64,000 nt of DNA from Glaucostegus cemiculus (lineage: Eukaryota). The notes below the pieces were generated by a model, which ran no database searches, had not been told where the DNA came from, and saw only the letters and a list, made by a program, of their open reading frames with translations. The translations under genes and the position numbers were made by a program. The stretch spans positions 6,014,001 through 6,078,000 of the forward strand of contig CDPCPM010000052.1 in the NCBI GenBank assembly GCA_976551045.1, read 5' to 3'. Below are positions 38,789 to 51,660 of the stretch, in pieces (within the stretch, counting starts at the first letter, position 1; each line of letters opens with the position of its first letter).

Positions 38789-39840
38789 TATTCTACATCC
38801 TACAGTCTTGTAAGATCTACAAGACTGCCTCTCTTGGGACTTGTTTATAAGTGCCACCCACCAATAACAAATGACTGTCTATCGAAGTCTCCAAGGAGAA
38901 AACATCTTCAAGAATAACAGGACAAGCTGAAGGCAGAACTTTTCAACATTTTATGCACGTGAAGAGGGAAAGGAGGAGTCTGTTTGGCCCTTGATACCTG
39001 CTCGATGTTGGAGTAAGACCTTGGCTGAACTTCTACCTTGGTTTCTCCTACTTGTTTGATATCCACCTTTTCCTAACTTCTGTGAAGTCTGCAGCCAGCC
39101 TTGTGATGTCATACTGCCTAACTGCTATCAAGTGGTGTCTTGGTTAAACCTGATTTTCTGTTGCCCGCAGTTGATGGAGAGCTGAATGGAGTCCTTAATG
39201 AGATGTTGCCAGAATCGCTCGATACCAGTGAATCCATCAGTCTTCACTCCAACCACAGTCTTCCGGCTCTGGTTGATTCAGAGTTCAGCTTCCATCCTTG
39301 CGTCCAACCCACTCATTTAAGTTCACCTGCAGGGCGTTGCCTTTTGGGATTGCTTCTCACTCCAATTGCTCCCCAAATGCTTGTGTAATCAGTCCTCTCT
39401 CCAAAACCAGCACGGGCACTGTGGGCTGAATGGCCTCCCTTGTGCTGGCATTTCAATCGTTCTGGACTCCTCTAGTATCCTCTTTGATTGATGTCTCTCC
39501 ACGTACTCCAACCTGTGCAAAGTTTTGCTGCCTGCCAACCTCCAGTTCTGTGCCGACCAGGTGTGGCCTCTACAATTTGCTGTACCCACCCTATCATTGC
39601 TCCACCTCATTCTGCAAGCATCTTATACCCTGACCCTCGCTATTTATCCCTATCCCCCTCACCCCCCCCCTTCATTCTTGATGGTGCTGTTAGCTATATT
39701 GACCCTACTCTCTGGACCTTCCTGTCCTGACCCTCTCTCCTTCCATTTCCCCTGCTTTGACTGCTGTCTTAAAATGGAATGGCACTTTCAGTTACGTTTC
39801 CTAACATCCTGACCACTGCTGGCTATCTTGTCCAATTTAG

Positions 39841-41772
39841 AGTCATAGAGTAAACAGGAAACAGAAAACTGACCCTTCAGCCCAACTTGTACCTGCTGAC
39901 CAAATTGCCTAACTGAGCTGGTCCCATTTCCCTACGTTTGACCCATCTCTCTCTGAACGTTTCCTATCCATGTACCTGTCCAAATGCCTTTTAAACATCA
40001 TAATTGTACCCTCCTCAACTACATCCTCTGGCAGCTCGTTCCATACATGCACCACCCTCTATATGGGAAAAGTTGCTCCTCAGATTCATAGAACATAGAA
40101 CAATACAGCACAGAACAGGCCCTTCGGCCCATCAAGCTGTGCCATCCTACAAACATCTCCCAAACTAACTCTTTCCACCCTCATATCCTACTATTCCACA
40201 TTCTTCCATGTGCTTATCTAACAATCTCTTAAACCTGTCCAACGTATCTGCCTCCACTACCACCCCAGGCAGTGCATTCCATGCACCAACCACTCTCTGG
40301 GTGAAAAACTTCCCTCTGACATCTCCCCTATACTTTCCACCAATTATCTTAAAGGCATGCCCTCTCGTCTTGAGCATCTGCGCTCTGGGAAAGAGGCGCT
40401 GACTATTAACTCTATCTATTCCTCTCAATATCTTAAACACCTCTATCAAGTCCCCTCTCATCCTCCTCCTCTCTAATGAGTAGAGCCCTAGCACCTTAAG
40501 CCTCTCTTTATATTCCATACCCTCCAATCCAGGCATCATCCTGGTAACTCGCCTCTGCACCCTCTCCAACGCCTCCACATCCTTCCTATAATGCGGCGAC
40601 CAGAACTGAACACAATATTCCAAGTGCGGCCTAACTAGAGTTTTGTAAAGCAGCATCATCACTTCTCTGCTCTTGAACTCAATCCCTTTATTTATAAAAG
40701 CCAACATCCCATAAGCCTCCTTAACAGCCCTATCCACCTGCGAGGCAACTTTGAGTGAACTGTGGATATTAACCCCCAGGTCCCTCTGCTCCTCTACACT
40801 GCCAAGAACCTTGCCATTTACCTTATACTCTGTCCTGGAGTTTGTCCTCCCAAAGTGCACCACCTCACACTTCTCCGGATTAAACTCCATCTGCCACCTG
40901 TCAGCCCAGATCTGCGTCCTATCAATATCCCCCTGTAAGCTCCTACAGTCCTCCACACTATCTACCACACCACTGATCTTGGTGTCATCTGCAAACTTAC
41001 CAACCCATCCCTCCACTCCTTCATCTAAATCATCTATGAATATAACAGAGTAGAGGCCCCAGAACCGATCCCTGCGGGACTCCACTAGTCACAGCCCTCC
41101 AATCCGAGGGCACTCCCTCCACCATAACCCTCTGCCTTCTACAGGAAAGCCAATTTCTTATCCACACAGCCAACCTCCCCTGGATACCTCGACCTCTGAT
41201 CTTCTGAAGAAGCCTGCCATGAGGAACCTTATCGAACGCCTTACTAAAATCCATATACACTACATCCACCGCCCTGCCCTCATCAAGCTTCCTCGTCACC
41301 TCCTCAAAGAACTCTATCAGGCTTGTGAGGCAAGATCTTCCCTTCACAAAGCCATGCTGACTGTCCCTAATCAGTCCATGACTCTCCAAGTGCTCATAGA
41401 TCCTATCCCTCAAAATCCTTCCAACAGCTTACCTACCACAGACGTGAGACTCACCAGTCTGTAATTTCCCGGACTATCTCTACTGCCCTTCTTAAACAAG
41501 GGAACAACATCCGCTACCCGCCAATCCTCCAGCACCATCCCTGTGGACAACGAGGACTCAAAGATCCTCACCAGCAGATCAACAATCTCCTCCCTCGCCT
41601 CCCGAAGCAGCCTGGGGAATATTCCATCAGGCCCCGGAGACTTATCAGTCTTGATATTACTTAAATTATCCTTTAAATCTTTTGCCTCTCACTTTAAACC
41701 TGTGGCCTCTAGTTTTGGAGTCCCCTGCCTTGGGAAAAGGACCATGACCGTCCACCTTATCTATGCCCTGAG
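39841..41772 (-). mobile_element. Older CR1 3' end split by a younger CR1 insertion
   Basis: 39841-40086 ends aagttgctcctcagatt and resumes collinearly at about 41671 with ctttaaatcttttgcctctcactttaaacc. Confidence 0.75.
40087..41670 (-). mobile_element. Young 5'-truncated CR1 LINE with an almost intact RT domain and C-terminus
   Basis: Minus strand reads KTDKSPGPDGIFPRLLRE...SQHGFVKGRSCLT...YMDFSKAFDKVPH...GVPQGSVLGP...GKFADDTK...RPHLEYCVQFWSP to the natural stop at 40165. Two frameshifts (about 41418 and 41055) and no in-frame stops seen; (TTCTATG)n tail. Confidence 0.95.
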
Positions 41773-42235
41773 ACTAACTTGGCACATTTTCTGTGTTAAA
41801 AGAGACTCTGTAAACACAAACCAGGATTACTGCATTCACATTTGGAGGAGATTGTGAAAAACTATTCAAAATTAAAGATTTTGTTCCAATTGTTTTCAAA
41901 ACAGTTCAGAGATTTGAGATAGAAAGGAATGAGTTTTGTTTGGTCATTTCTCGAGGTCCATGATTGCTTTGTAAAGATGAGACATGAATGCATTTATGTA
42001 ATTGTGAGGGGACAGTTTTATTTGTCCATCTGTATTGGTAATGAAAATAATATTTATTTTCCAGGAACTAATTGTAAAAAAAAACAATTACTTCACTGTC
42101 TCTTGGGCGATTGCGTTCAAAATTCTTTCCATGACGATCAGCAACCCAGTGCCTAGCAACAGCCTAATTTTTGACTTAAAGTGAACAACACCACAGCCTG
42201 TGGAAAAACTCTAAACACACAGCTAAAACCAAAGA

Positions 42236-42600
42236 AGAATGTGCATTTACATGGTGCCTTTTATGACACTGGGATGTCACAAGGTACTTTGCAGCCTAAA
42301 TGGTAGTTACTGTGGTAAAGTAAGGACATGGAAGCCACAACGAGTCCCTTCAAGTAGCTGTGAAATAAATGAGATCACCTGTCTCCTTTGTAGTATCTTC
42401 ACGAATAAAAGTCTTGGACAGCCACTCTTTTTCTGATAACGTTGTGAGATTTCTTCCTGAGAGGGGCCTCGGTTTAAAGTATCATCCAATTGATGGCACC
42501 TCCAATAGTGCACTGCTTCTTCAGCACTGCACTGAAATGCTGGTATTAATTAGGTGCCCAAGTGTCAGTAGTGGGGCTTGAGAATGCTACCTCTGAGCCA
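42236..42600 (-). mobile_element. Deu-domain SINE
   Basis: gagaggggcctcggtttaaagtatcatccaattgatggcacctccaatagtgcactgc is the inverse of the Deu domain; L2-like tail tgcatttacatggtgccttt at 42242. Confidence 0.7.
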
Positions 42601-43948
42601 GGGCTTTCAACTATTCTACCAGGCATCTGAATCTGTGGGTGATATTTTTGCAAGCCTTCATTATCTGCAGCTTGATTCAGGATGAGCCTCAACATCCTGG
42701 GACTGACAGAAATCCGGCTCATTGCAATCTCCTCCCTGACGACATTTGCTACATTTTCCACTGGAGTTTTTTTTTGTTTAAACCCCAGTGACTCTTAATT
42801 TAGTGACACTTCGCTATGGAGAATAACAGCAAAAATCCATGTACTAAATAAAGAATAAATGCAAACAAGAGAGGATCACTAATTGCCCTGATATTTGCAG
42901 ATCTGTACGCCCATCGATTTCCGATGGTTTGTCAGTAGTTTCTGAAACCTCATTTAACATTGTGCCATCATCCCACTCTTGCAACAAGCTTATCTTACAC
43001 TCAGGAGATCAGGAAAATGCTCTATTTGACAAGTCCTCAACTGACAGGAAGGTAGCTATACTTTTATTGGTAATAGATATATCATCAGTCTTAATATTAA
43101 AAATCATAAATTAATAATACATTTTCTTATAGATAAATTAGTCAGTTCCACTTGTGAAGAATATTTCAGCTTTGACTTGTACCTGTCTTCATTGCCTTGT
43201 ATTGAAATTCTATGTCAAGATGCAGTCTATTATGTTAAGCTGCATGTTAACCCAGCAGCTTTGACAGCTTGACATAACCTGTTTTGTCATTGACTGTGTA
43301 AATCTGACATGTTAATTCATTTTTGGTTTTACCCTGGGCAGAAATTTGCTAATGGCAAAATATGTTTAGAGTAACAAATCAGTCCCTGATGCTTTTTTTC
43401 CACAGATTTCCAATGTACAAGCCAGAGTTTGAAAAAAACACATGCAGTCATTTTGGACAACTTCATAGAAGAATCAGTTGTTTCCCTACCCTGTTCAAAT
43501 TGAATTTGAGTTATGGTTATTACATGGCTGCCATATAGACTAGAGTAAGTAACTAGATTTCCATTTGAGATAGAACCAAGGGCATCTGACATAGGATTGA
43601 ATACGATGAAGCTATCTATTCAAATCTTATACCTGTAGGATATTTTTTGAAAAGTAACCTTTTAAACTATCACCGAGTGCTCCACTGCATAGTCCAACGT
43701 ATGAACTATATTCAGTGGCTGCAGCTAAGACTTGGTTGAGAGAATTCAAAACAGATTTTTTATTGTGTTCAATGTTTATATGTGCTGTGCTGCTTGAGTT
43801 CAGATTTTATTGATCAGTCTGTGCTCAATCACCAGAGAAATATTAACTTATTTGTTCAGATGTGCTCGATGTTGTTGTAGACAGGACAATGTTAGCAGCT
43901 GTTTTCATGGTGACCTGCTCATCATCTTCACAGCACTGTCTTTGCTTG

Positions 43949-43980
43949 GCTGACATCTAGTGGTCACCGTAAAATTACAG
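43949..43980 (-). promoter_or_regulatory. Candidate CTCF binding site (core plus upstream motif)
   Basis: Minus strand CTGTAATTTTACGG-TGACCACTAGATGTCAGC matches the CCACYAGRKGKCA core with a TGYART-like upstream element. Lies in non-repetitive sequence. Confidence 0.55.
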
Positions 43981-44404
43981 CTCTGCACCTCACAGATTCA
44001 TAGTGGATGTTCCAAAGTTGTTCCTTCTCATTTCAACTATAAATATTGATTGTTTCAAACTTGCATTGCTTCACCATTTGCATGGGATATAAACCAACAA
44101 TAAGTTACTGCTTTTTATTAAAAGAAACCAACTTCCTTTAGATTATCTAGAGGGATGTTGTTAAGTTGACATCCATTTTAATGTGCATCATTCATCACCC
44201 AGAGTGATCTATTAATTATAAAGACTTGGAGAATGTTTATTTTGTCAGTGCATTTGATATCCACACCAAGATTGGGTGTGATATTATGACAGTGACTGAC
44301 TCTTTGATTGGATGCCATCCTTGTGCTTCACCAGACACGATACCATGAATATGGATTTTTCACCAATGGAAGAATGGATGCATTTCTCTTTGCATTTTCA
44401 CATT

Positions 44405-44617
44405 TCACTTGGCCTGTGTACAGTGCAGTACATTGCACTTTATTTGCCCACCTGCACTGCACTGCACTTCCTTTGTAACTGCAACACTATATTCTGCATT
44501 CTGTTTTTTTTTCTTTTTATACACTTTAATGTAGTTATTGGAATGATCTATCTGCTTGGCAGACAAAAGCTTTTCACTGTATCTTGGTGCATGTGACATT
44601 AATAAACCAATTACCAA
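44405..44617 (+). mobile_element. Rex-Babar 3' UTR
   Basis: gcactttatttgcc...aagcttttcactgtatcttggtgcatgtgacattaataaaccaattaccaa. Confidence 0.8.
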
Positions 44618-45379
44618 GTATGGAACTAGTGCTATTGGAGCTACCAGCGAACCTTGCAGCTGGTTAGGAGGCTAGAAGTAGTGGTTCTGGATCACCACGA
44701 ACACCAGGACAGTTCCAAAGGCAGTGGATAACGTGTAGTGTCACTGATTTGCATTTGGCTGGTTCTGCTACATACAGTCCAGATCAATACCTCCAGGCCT
44801 GTCTCCTGGATTACACCACAAACCTCTTCAGCCATTAACTGACCAATAGAAACATGAGACTCAGAAGGTGGGCAACAAACACCACAAGTTTTCCACGAGC
44901 AGCATGGTGATCCCACCAATTCATCATAAAATGCATCGGTTTATCACCCTCATCCTCCTGATGTAACATGGCTACATAAATGTATGTACAGGTGACTCCT
45001 GCGTTCCAGCCATTTGGTTCATGGAAATTTGTCCTTACAAAGCTCACAACTCACTACCCATATTTGTGAGATACAGAATAAAATTCACTCTTACGGAATT
45101 TATGTGGGTGAGGGGATAAGTTATGAATCAACAATAACATGTATTTCTTTTCAACTCGTGTTCCTTAATGCATGCGCAGATGACATGGCTTTGTGTTACA
45201 GAAAATTGCAATATGTCCTCTTTTCTGGAAACACAACACCCCCTCCCTCAATGCAAGGGTTGGCTGTGATAATGTAATATTCAGGTTTTTCCTCACAGGG
45301 TGTACCAAATGCTTACAGCCAAATACTATTAAAAAGTAGGTTGGGTTTCTATGTTTTATTGGAACAGAGGATGCCAAGG

Positions 45380-46370
45380 GGAGACATGATGGATTTCAGG
45401 GGCATAGATAGGGTAGGTAGAGGGAAACTTTTTCCCATTGGTACCTAAAACTAGAGGGTGCAGATTTAGTGTAAGAGGTAAGTGGTTTGTAGGGAATTTG
45501 AAGAGGATTTTTTTTCACCCAAAAGGTGGTTAGAATGTGGAATGCATTGCCTGAGGTGGTAGTGAGGCAAGTAACTGGATTGGTTTATCATTGTCACATG
45601 TATAGAGATAGTGAAAAACATTATATGCATGATCATTCCATAAATAAGTACATTGAGATAATACAAAAGGAAAACGATAACAGAATGCGGAATATAGTGT
45701 TACAGTTACAGAGAAAGTGCAGTGCAGGTAGACAAAGGAAGTGCAGGGGCCGTAATGAGGTAAAGTGGGAGATCAAGAGTTTATCGTATAGGATGTCAGT
45801 TCAAGAGTCGGTGGGATAGAAGCTGTCCTTGAGCCTGGTGGTACATGTTCTCAAGCTTTTGTATCTTCTGCCCAATGGGTGGGGGGTAGAGGAGAGAATG
45901 ATTGGAATGGGAGAGATCCTTGATTATGTTGGCTGCTTTCCCGAAGCAATGGTAAGTATAGACAGCATCAGTGGAGGGGATGCTGGTTTGTGTGATGGAC
46001 TGCGCTGCGTTCACAACCCTCTGCAATTTCTTGCAGTCCTGGGCAGAGCAGTTGCTGTACCAAGCGGTGATACATCCAGATAGGATGCTTTCTGTGGTGC
46101 ATCTGTAAAAATTGGTGAGGATCATTAGGGACATGTCGAATATCCTTGGCCTTCTGAGGAAGTAGAGGCGCTGGTGTGCTGCCTTGGCCATAATGGCTAC
46201 GTGGCTGGGCCAGGACAGATTGTTGGTGGTACTCTCACCACATTAAAGTGCTGTCTAAATAGTTAAATCACCAAGGTAACGTCTTGGTAAATGGGCTTAG
46301 TATAGATGAGTACAATGGTAAGCATGGACATGGTGGGCTGAAGGGCCTTTTTCTGTGTCGTATTGCTGTT
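45380..46370 (+). mobile_element. CR1 3' end split by a Rex insertion
   Basis: ...tggaatgcattgcctgaggtggtagtgaggcaagt resumes at about 46228 with ggtactctcaccacattaaag and ends tgggctgaagggcctttttctgtg. Confidence 0.7.
45573..46227 (-). mobile_element. Rex-Babar LINE, 5'-truncated
   Basis: ORF 45796-46191 AHQRLYFLRR..FDMS...NFYRCTTESILSGCITAWYSNCSAQDCKKLQRVV. Confidence 0.88.
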
Positions 46371-46379
46371 TATTGTCAC

Positions 46380-46895
46380 AAAGTCATGGTGAAGCCACTC
46401 CTGGTGAACTCTGTGCAGTTTTGGTTCCCTTATTCAAGAAAGTATATACTGACAATGAGGCAGTCCAAAAGAAATTCACGACTGTTGCCTGGGATGAGGC
46501 AGTTGTCCCTATCAGGGAGTTCAGAACAATGAAGGGTGATGTTATTGAAAGATGTAAGATCTTTAGAGAGCATGCCATTTAGATGTTGAGATGTGTCATG
46601 TGATGGGAGAATCTTGAATGAACGAACACTGTTATGAGATTATCAGGTGGACATCTAAAACTGAACTGTGCAGGAACTTCTTGCAGAGCGTGGTGAATTT
46701 CTGAAATTCTGTATCCCAGATGGATCATTGGGGGTGCTTAAAGAAGAAGTAGATAAATTTTTGGAAGATCAGGAAATTGAGGGCTATGAGTAACCGGCAT
46801 AGAAGAGGAGATGAGGCCTGGGTCAGATCACCATTGACTGGTGGGACAGGCTTCAGGTGCCTACTGGAATACCTTGCTCTTATTTTCTTATGTTT
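46380..46895 (+). mobile_element. CR1 3' fragment
   Basis: MVKPLLVNSVQFWFPYSRK and MKGDVIE.CKI motifs; 3' UTR gatgaggcctgggtcagatca shared with about 50293. Confidence 0.7.
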
Positions 46896-46959
46896 GTCTG
46901 ACACTGTGACTCAATTTAGCGATTACTGAATTCAGAACTATGAACAGCCAGCTTTGTGT

Positions 46960-47270
46960 AAGATGAAGCCCCACAAACAGCAATGTGATTGTGAATAGAG
47001 AATCAGTTTTTTGTGATGCTGATTGGAGGATATTTATTGGCAAAAAAAACCAAGGAGAACTCCCTGTTTGTCAAAGAAGCACCATGGGACCTTTTACATC
47101 CGCCTGAGAGGGCAGGTGGAAAAGGCAGAACCTCCCAGCGTAGCAACGCACCTTCAGTCCTGCACTGGCCTGTCAGCCGAGATTTTTGCTGCTTATTTCT
47201 CTAGAGCAGGTCTTGAAGCCACAACCTTCTGTCTCAGGGATCAGAGTTTGACCCACTGAACCACTGCTGA
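46960..47270 (-). mobile_element. Deu-domain SINE
   Basis: ggagaactccctgtttgtcaaagaagcaccatgggaccttttacatccgcctgagagggcag is the inverse Deu domain; tRNA-like head near 47210-47270. Confidence 0.72.
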
Positions 47271-47559
47271 CAAGTGTTTTCATCAGCTGGAGAACAGGCG
47301 CTGTATATTTTTAATCCTTAGTTGCCTGAGCACGTGGTAAGCCAGTGTTACCAGAGTGTGCTTTGCAGCTTCATATTTGAGGCTTGGGCAATATTTAAAC
47401 TCAGTTACTCTTGGAGTTTCTTCGGAACTGGGCTTAGCCATCGAATGGAGAAGCTGGAATTCTGTACTTCGAGTGGAAAGAAATGACGTCAAATTCAATG
47501 TTGGCCCAAATCAATCACCATCTATGAATGAGTAACAATATTAAATTCATCAATAAACG

Positions 47560-47693
47560 AAAACAAAAAAAACCTGCAGATGCTGGAAATCTGAAATAAA
47601 AGCAGAAAATGCTGGAAATATTCAGCAGATCAGGCAGCATCTGTGGAGGTAGAAACAATCAACATTTCGGGTCTGCAAACCTTTGTCAGGACT
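47560..47693 (-). mobile_element. PLE 3' short copy ending at the hammerhead 5' stem
   Basis: ctgcagatgctggaaatctg...caggcagcatctgtgg; minus strand AGTC-CTGACAAA-GGTTTGCAGACCC-GAAA-TGTT-GATT. Confidence 0.72.
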
Positions 47694-48011
47694 TTGTCAA
47701 AATATTGATTCCATACCTGCCAACTGTGGGAGGCTGGAATGTAGGGTCTCAGAGATTTAGAACTGAGAAAACACAATTTACCTTGAATGACCCAAACTGT
47801 AATTAATCTGCAAATTGATCAACATAGCAAGGAAGGATACTGTACAATTTGCAAATTACCACAGATGTATCTTCATCCTTAATGCAAATTAATGCAAGTT
47901 AAATTCAACACACAAAATGATGTCTAATAACATATGGTCAAAGTATCTCTTCAATGACATAATTGTTAACTGCCAGTCAACTATTCTTGCCCAGAAAGTG
48001 AATAATTAGTG

Positions 48012-48114
48012 AAACAAAGGACTGCAGATGCTGGAATTATGATGCTGGAGGAACTCAGCAGGCCAGGCAGCATCCGTGGGGAAAAGCAGGTGGTCAATGT
48101 TTCAGGTCAAGACC
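48012..48114 (-). mobile_element. PLE 3' short copy truncated within hammerhead stem II
   Basis: gactgcagatgctggaat...ggaggaactcagcaggccaggcagcatccgtgg...tcaatgtttcaggtcaagacc. Confidence 0.72.
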
Positions 48115-50390
48115 TGTACATGTAATGTATTTGGATTTCCAGAAGACATTTGACTGAAGACGTAGATGTACAGGGTAAAACCTCACGGTATTGGGAGAAG
48201 TGTATGAACTTGGTTTGAAGACTGGATATTGCATAGCAAACAGAGAGTCAGAATAGCTGGGCTGAAAGGATGTAACAGTGCTCCAGATTAGAATGTCCAA
48301 AGGACCAGTTCTTGGCCCTCAATCATTTACTATTTATATTAATGACCTGGAGGAAGGGGCAGAGTATAAGCTATCCAACTTTACCAATGATACAAAAATA
48401 GGTGAGAGGACTTCTTGCATTGACACTATGTGGACTCTGCGACAAGATAAAGTTAGATGCATGAAAATTTGGCAAGTGGAGCTTAATGTGGGAAAGTGTG
48501 AGGTCAGGTGGTTCGGGAAGAGGAATCTCACTGGTTCTGCACTCAGCTTTGGAGCACCCAGACAACAGTAAAAGATACGTCAGGCTGCTGTGTATCGATT
48601 AATGCTCAGCGTTCAACACCAACATTCCCTCAGTACTTATTAACAAGCTTCAAAACCTGGGCCTCTGTACCTCCCTCTGCAACTGGATCCTTGACTTCCT
48701 TATCGGGAGACCACAGTCACTGCAGATTGGTAGTAATTTCTCCTCCTCACTGACAGTCAACACAGGTGCACCTCATGGATGCATGCTTAGCCCACTGCCC
48801 TCTCTACACTCGTCACTGTGTGGCTAAGCACAGCTGAAACGCCATCTATAAGTTGGCTGATGACACCACTGTTGTTGGGCAGAATCTCAGATGGTAACGC
48901 GGAGCCGTACAGGACTGAGATAGATCGGCTAGTTGAGTGGTGTCACAGTAACAACCTCGCACTCAGCATCAACAAGACCAAGGACTTCAGGAAGGGGAAG
49001 TCGGGAGAACACACACCAGTCCTCGCTGAGGGGGTCAGCGGTGGAAAGGGTGAGCACCTTCAAGTTCCTAGGCGTCAACATCTCAGAGGATCTATCCTGG
49101 GCCCAACACGTCAATGCAATCACGAGGAAGGCACGTCAGTGCCTCTACTTCATTAGGAGTTTGAGGAGATTCGATATGTCACCAAAGACTCTTACAAATT
49201 TCTACAGATGTACGGTGGAGAGCATTCTGACTGGTTGCATCGTCACCTGGTGTGGAGGCTCCAATGTGCAGGATCAAAAGAGGCTGCAGAAGGTTGTAGA
49301 CTCGGCCAGCTCCATCACGGGCACAACCCTCCCCACCATTGAGGACATCTTCAAGAGGGGGTGCCTCAACAAGGCGGCATCCATCATTAAGGACCCTCAC
49401 CACCCAGGACACGCCCTCTTCATGTTACTACCATCGGGGAGGAGGTACAGGAGCCTGAAGACCCACACTCAACACTTCAGGAACGGCTTCTTCCCCTCCA
49501 CCATCAGATTTCTGAACAGTCCATGAACCCATGAACACTACCTCGTTATTCCTTTTTAGCACTATTTAATTTTTTTGTAACTTATGGTAATTTTATGTCT
49601 TGCACTGTACTGCTGCAAAGAACAAATTTCAGGACATATGTCAGTGATAATAAACCTGGTTCTGATTCTAAAGGCAGACTTTGACCTGAATGGAAAAAGG
49701 TTGCAGATGAGTGAGGTACAAAACAATCCAAGTATTGCTGTGTGTAAATCACAGGAAATGATTAGGAATGCAAGTAGAATGGCTTCTATTGCAAGAGGGT
49801 AGGAGCTTAAAAATAGGAAAGCATTACAAATGTACAGGTTATTGGTGAGGCTACACCTGGAGTACTGTGTATAGTGTTTGTCCCCTTATTACAGAAAGGA
49901 GCTAATCCAAAAGAGATTCAGTAGGCTAATTCCTGGAATGGGAGGGTTGTCCTAACAGGAGCTGCTAAAGAATTATGATCTATATTCTTTAGCGTTTAGA
50001 AGAATAAGGGGTGATCTTACTGAAACATATCAGATCCTAAGGGGCATCTCTGAGTAAATGTTGAGATGTTTCCACTCACGGGAGAGTCTCAAACAAGGAG
50101 ACAGTGATCAAGATAAGGAGATGGACATTGAAAACTGAAGCACACAGGAATTTCTTCTCACTGAGGGTGTTGAATCTTTGGAATTCTCTGTCCCAGAGGA
50201 TTGTTGAAGCTAGATTGGGGGTATTTAAAGAGGAGGTGGATACAGTTTTGAAAGGGAATTGAGGGCCATGGGGAACTGGCACTTGAAGTGGAGATGAGGC
50301 CTGGGGCAGATCAGCCATGATCATATTGAATGGCAGGCTGACTTCAGCGACTGAGTAACCCCTGAAGTCAAGGGTTATCCAGTTCCTTAT
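48115..50390 (+). mobile_element. CR1 LINE split by a Rex insertion
   Basis: GPVLGPQSFTIYINDLEEG..SNFTNDTKIG...NVGKCEVRWFGKRN continues after 49669 as KADFDLNGKRLQMSEVQ and then RLHLEYCV. Confidence 0.85.
48525..49669 (+). mobile_element. Rex-Babar LINE, longest copy in the window, (CTGATT)n subfamily
   Basis: ISLVLHSALEH..YVRLL, KLADDTT, ORF 48933-49526 (VERVSTFKFLGV...SGRRYRSLKTHTQHFRNGFFPSTIRFLN); tail AATAAACCTGGTTCTGATTCT. Confidence 0.92.
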
Positions 50391-50849
50391 GTCCTACCTT
50401 GTAACACATAGAAATCAATTTCTTTTATGTAATGTTATAATAACATAATTCCACAGCCACTGTTAAAGGTGAATCAGAGTTCCATTATTAACACTGCTTG
50501 CTGCAATATGTGACAGATGGACACTTCACATTTATTTATATATATGTATTCACAAATGTATGAACAAATAAAACATTTGAGTACCTTATTGTTGTCTATG
50601 TTTTAATCTGTTCTATTTTTCTTATAGAGGGCCAAAACATAACATTTGAGAAAAAGACAAAACTGCATCTTTCTTCCTTTGATATCTAATAATCAACATT
50701 ATGAATTAAATAAAAATAACTTGAGAATCTCTCTCCAGCATTGAATAATGTTGCAAATCTTCCAGAATTTCAGCTGCTAATACATTTTGCCCTGGAATTT
50801 GAGAAGCTTTTAAAGAAGCCCAGCTCTGTAACTAGCCTCCAGCCTTGTC

Positions 50850-51660
50850 CGTTGCATTCGGTGCTCTCGGTGCAGTCTCCTCTACGTCAGTCAGACCAGG
50901 CACAGACCAGGCGACTGCTTCGCCGAGCACTCACACTCCGTCTGCTGTGGCCATCTTGAGCTCCTGGTTGCCGGCCATTTCAACTCCCTTCCCCATTCCC
51001 ACACTGACCTGTCTGCCCTCTGCTGCCTCCACTGCCAGGGTGAGGCCAAACGCAAACTAAAGGAACAGCACCTCATATTCTGCCGGGGTAGTCTACAGCC
51101 CAACGGCATGAACATTGAATTCTCTGATTTCTGGTAATCCACACCCCTCTGTTCCTTTCTCTCTCCTACCCAGGTCCTCTTTCTTCCACCCCCCTGCCAC
51201 CCCCCTGTTCTCAGTTTCTTTCTCCTCCCGCACCTGGTTCCATCTGTCTGTCACCCACACACTCCACCACCCCCTCGGTCCCCTATCCTCTTCCTCCACT
51301 GTTCCCAGCTGCCACATCCCTCCCTTTTCTGGTTCCACCCATCACCTTCCTTTTTTTTCATCAGATCCCATCATCTGCAACCCTCTGTTGTCTCTGCTTG
51401 TCACCTCCCAGCCTCTGTCGCTGTCTCCACCCCTCCCTGCCCTCACCTGGCTCCCTGCCCATCAACCCCTCCTCACCTGGACCCACCTATCACTTGCCAG
51501 CTCCCGCCTCACCCCTTCCCCTCGTCTCTTTATACCAGCTCACTCCCCTTTACATTCTCAGCCCTGATGCAGGGTCTCAATCCGAAACACCAACTGTCCC
51601 TTTCCCTCCACAGATGCTGCCTGACCTGCTGACTTCCTCCAGCAGCTTGTTTTTCATTTC
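50850..51660 (+). mobile_element. Penelope-like element: GIY-YIG endonuclease remnant, 3' region and hammerhead motif
   Basis: CIRCSRCSLLYVSQTRHRPGDCFAEH...VAGHFNS..HSHTDLS and RKLKEQHLIFCRGSLQPNGMNIEFSDF are typical of the PLE GIY-YIG domain. CAGCC-CTGATGCA-GGGTCTCAATCC-GAAA-CACC-AACTG at 51559-51596. Confidence 0.9.

Noticed and set aside
40165-41413. Domesticated RT gene or prokaryotic retron/DGR-type RT system
   Set aside because: It is an ordinary CR1 ORF2: 5'-truncated, frameshifted, with a CR1 tail, in a vertebrate intron.
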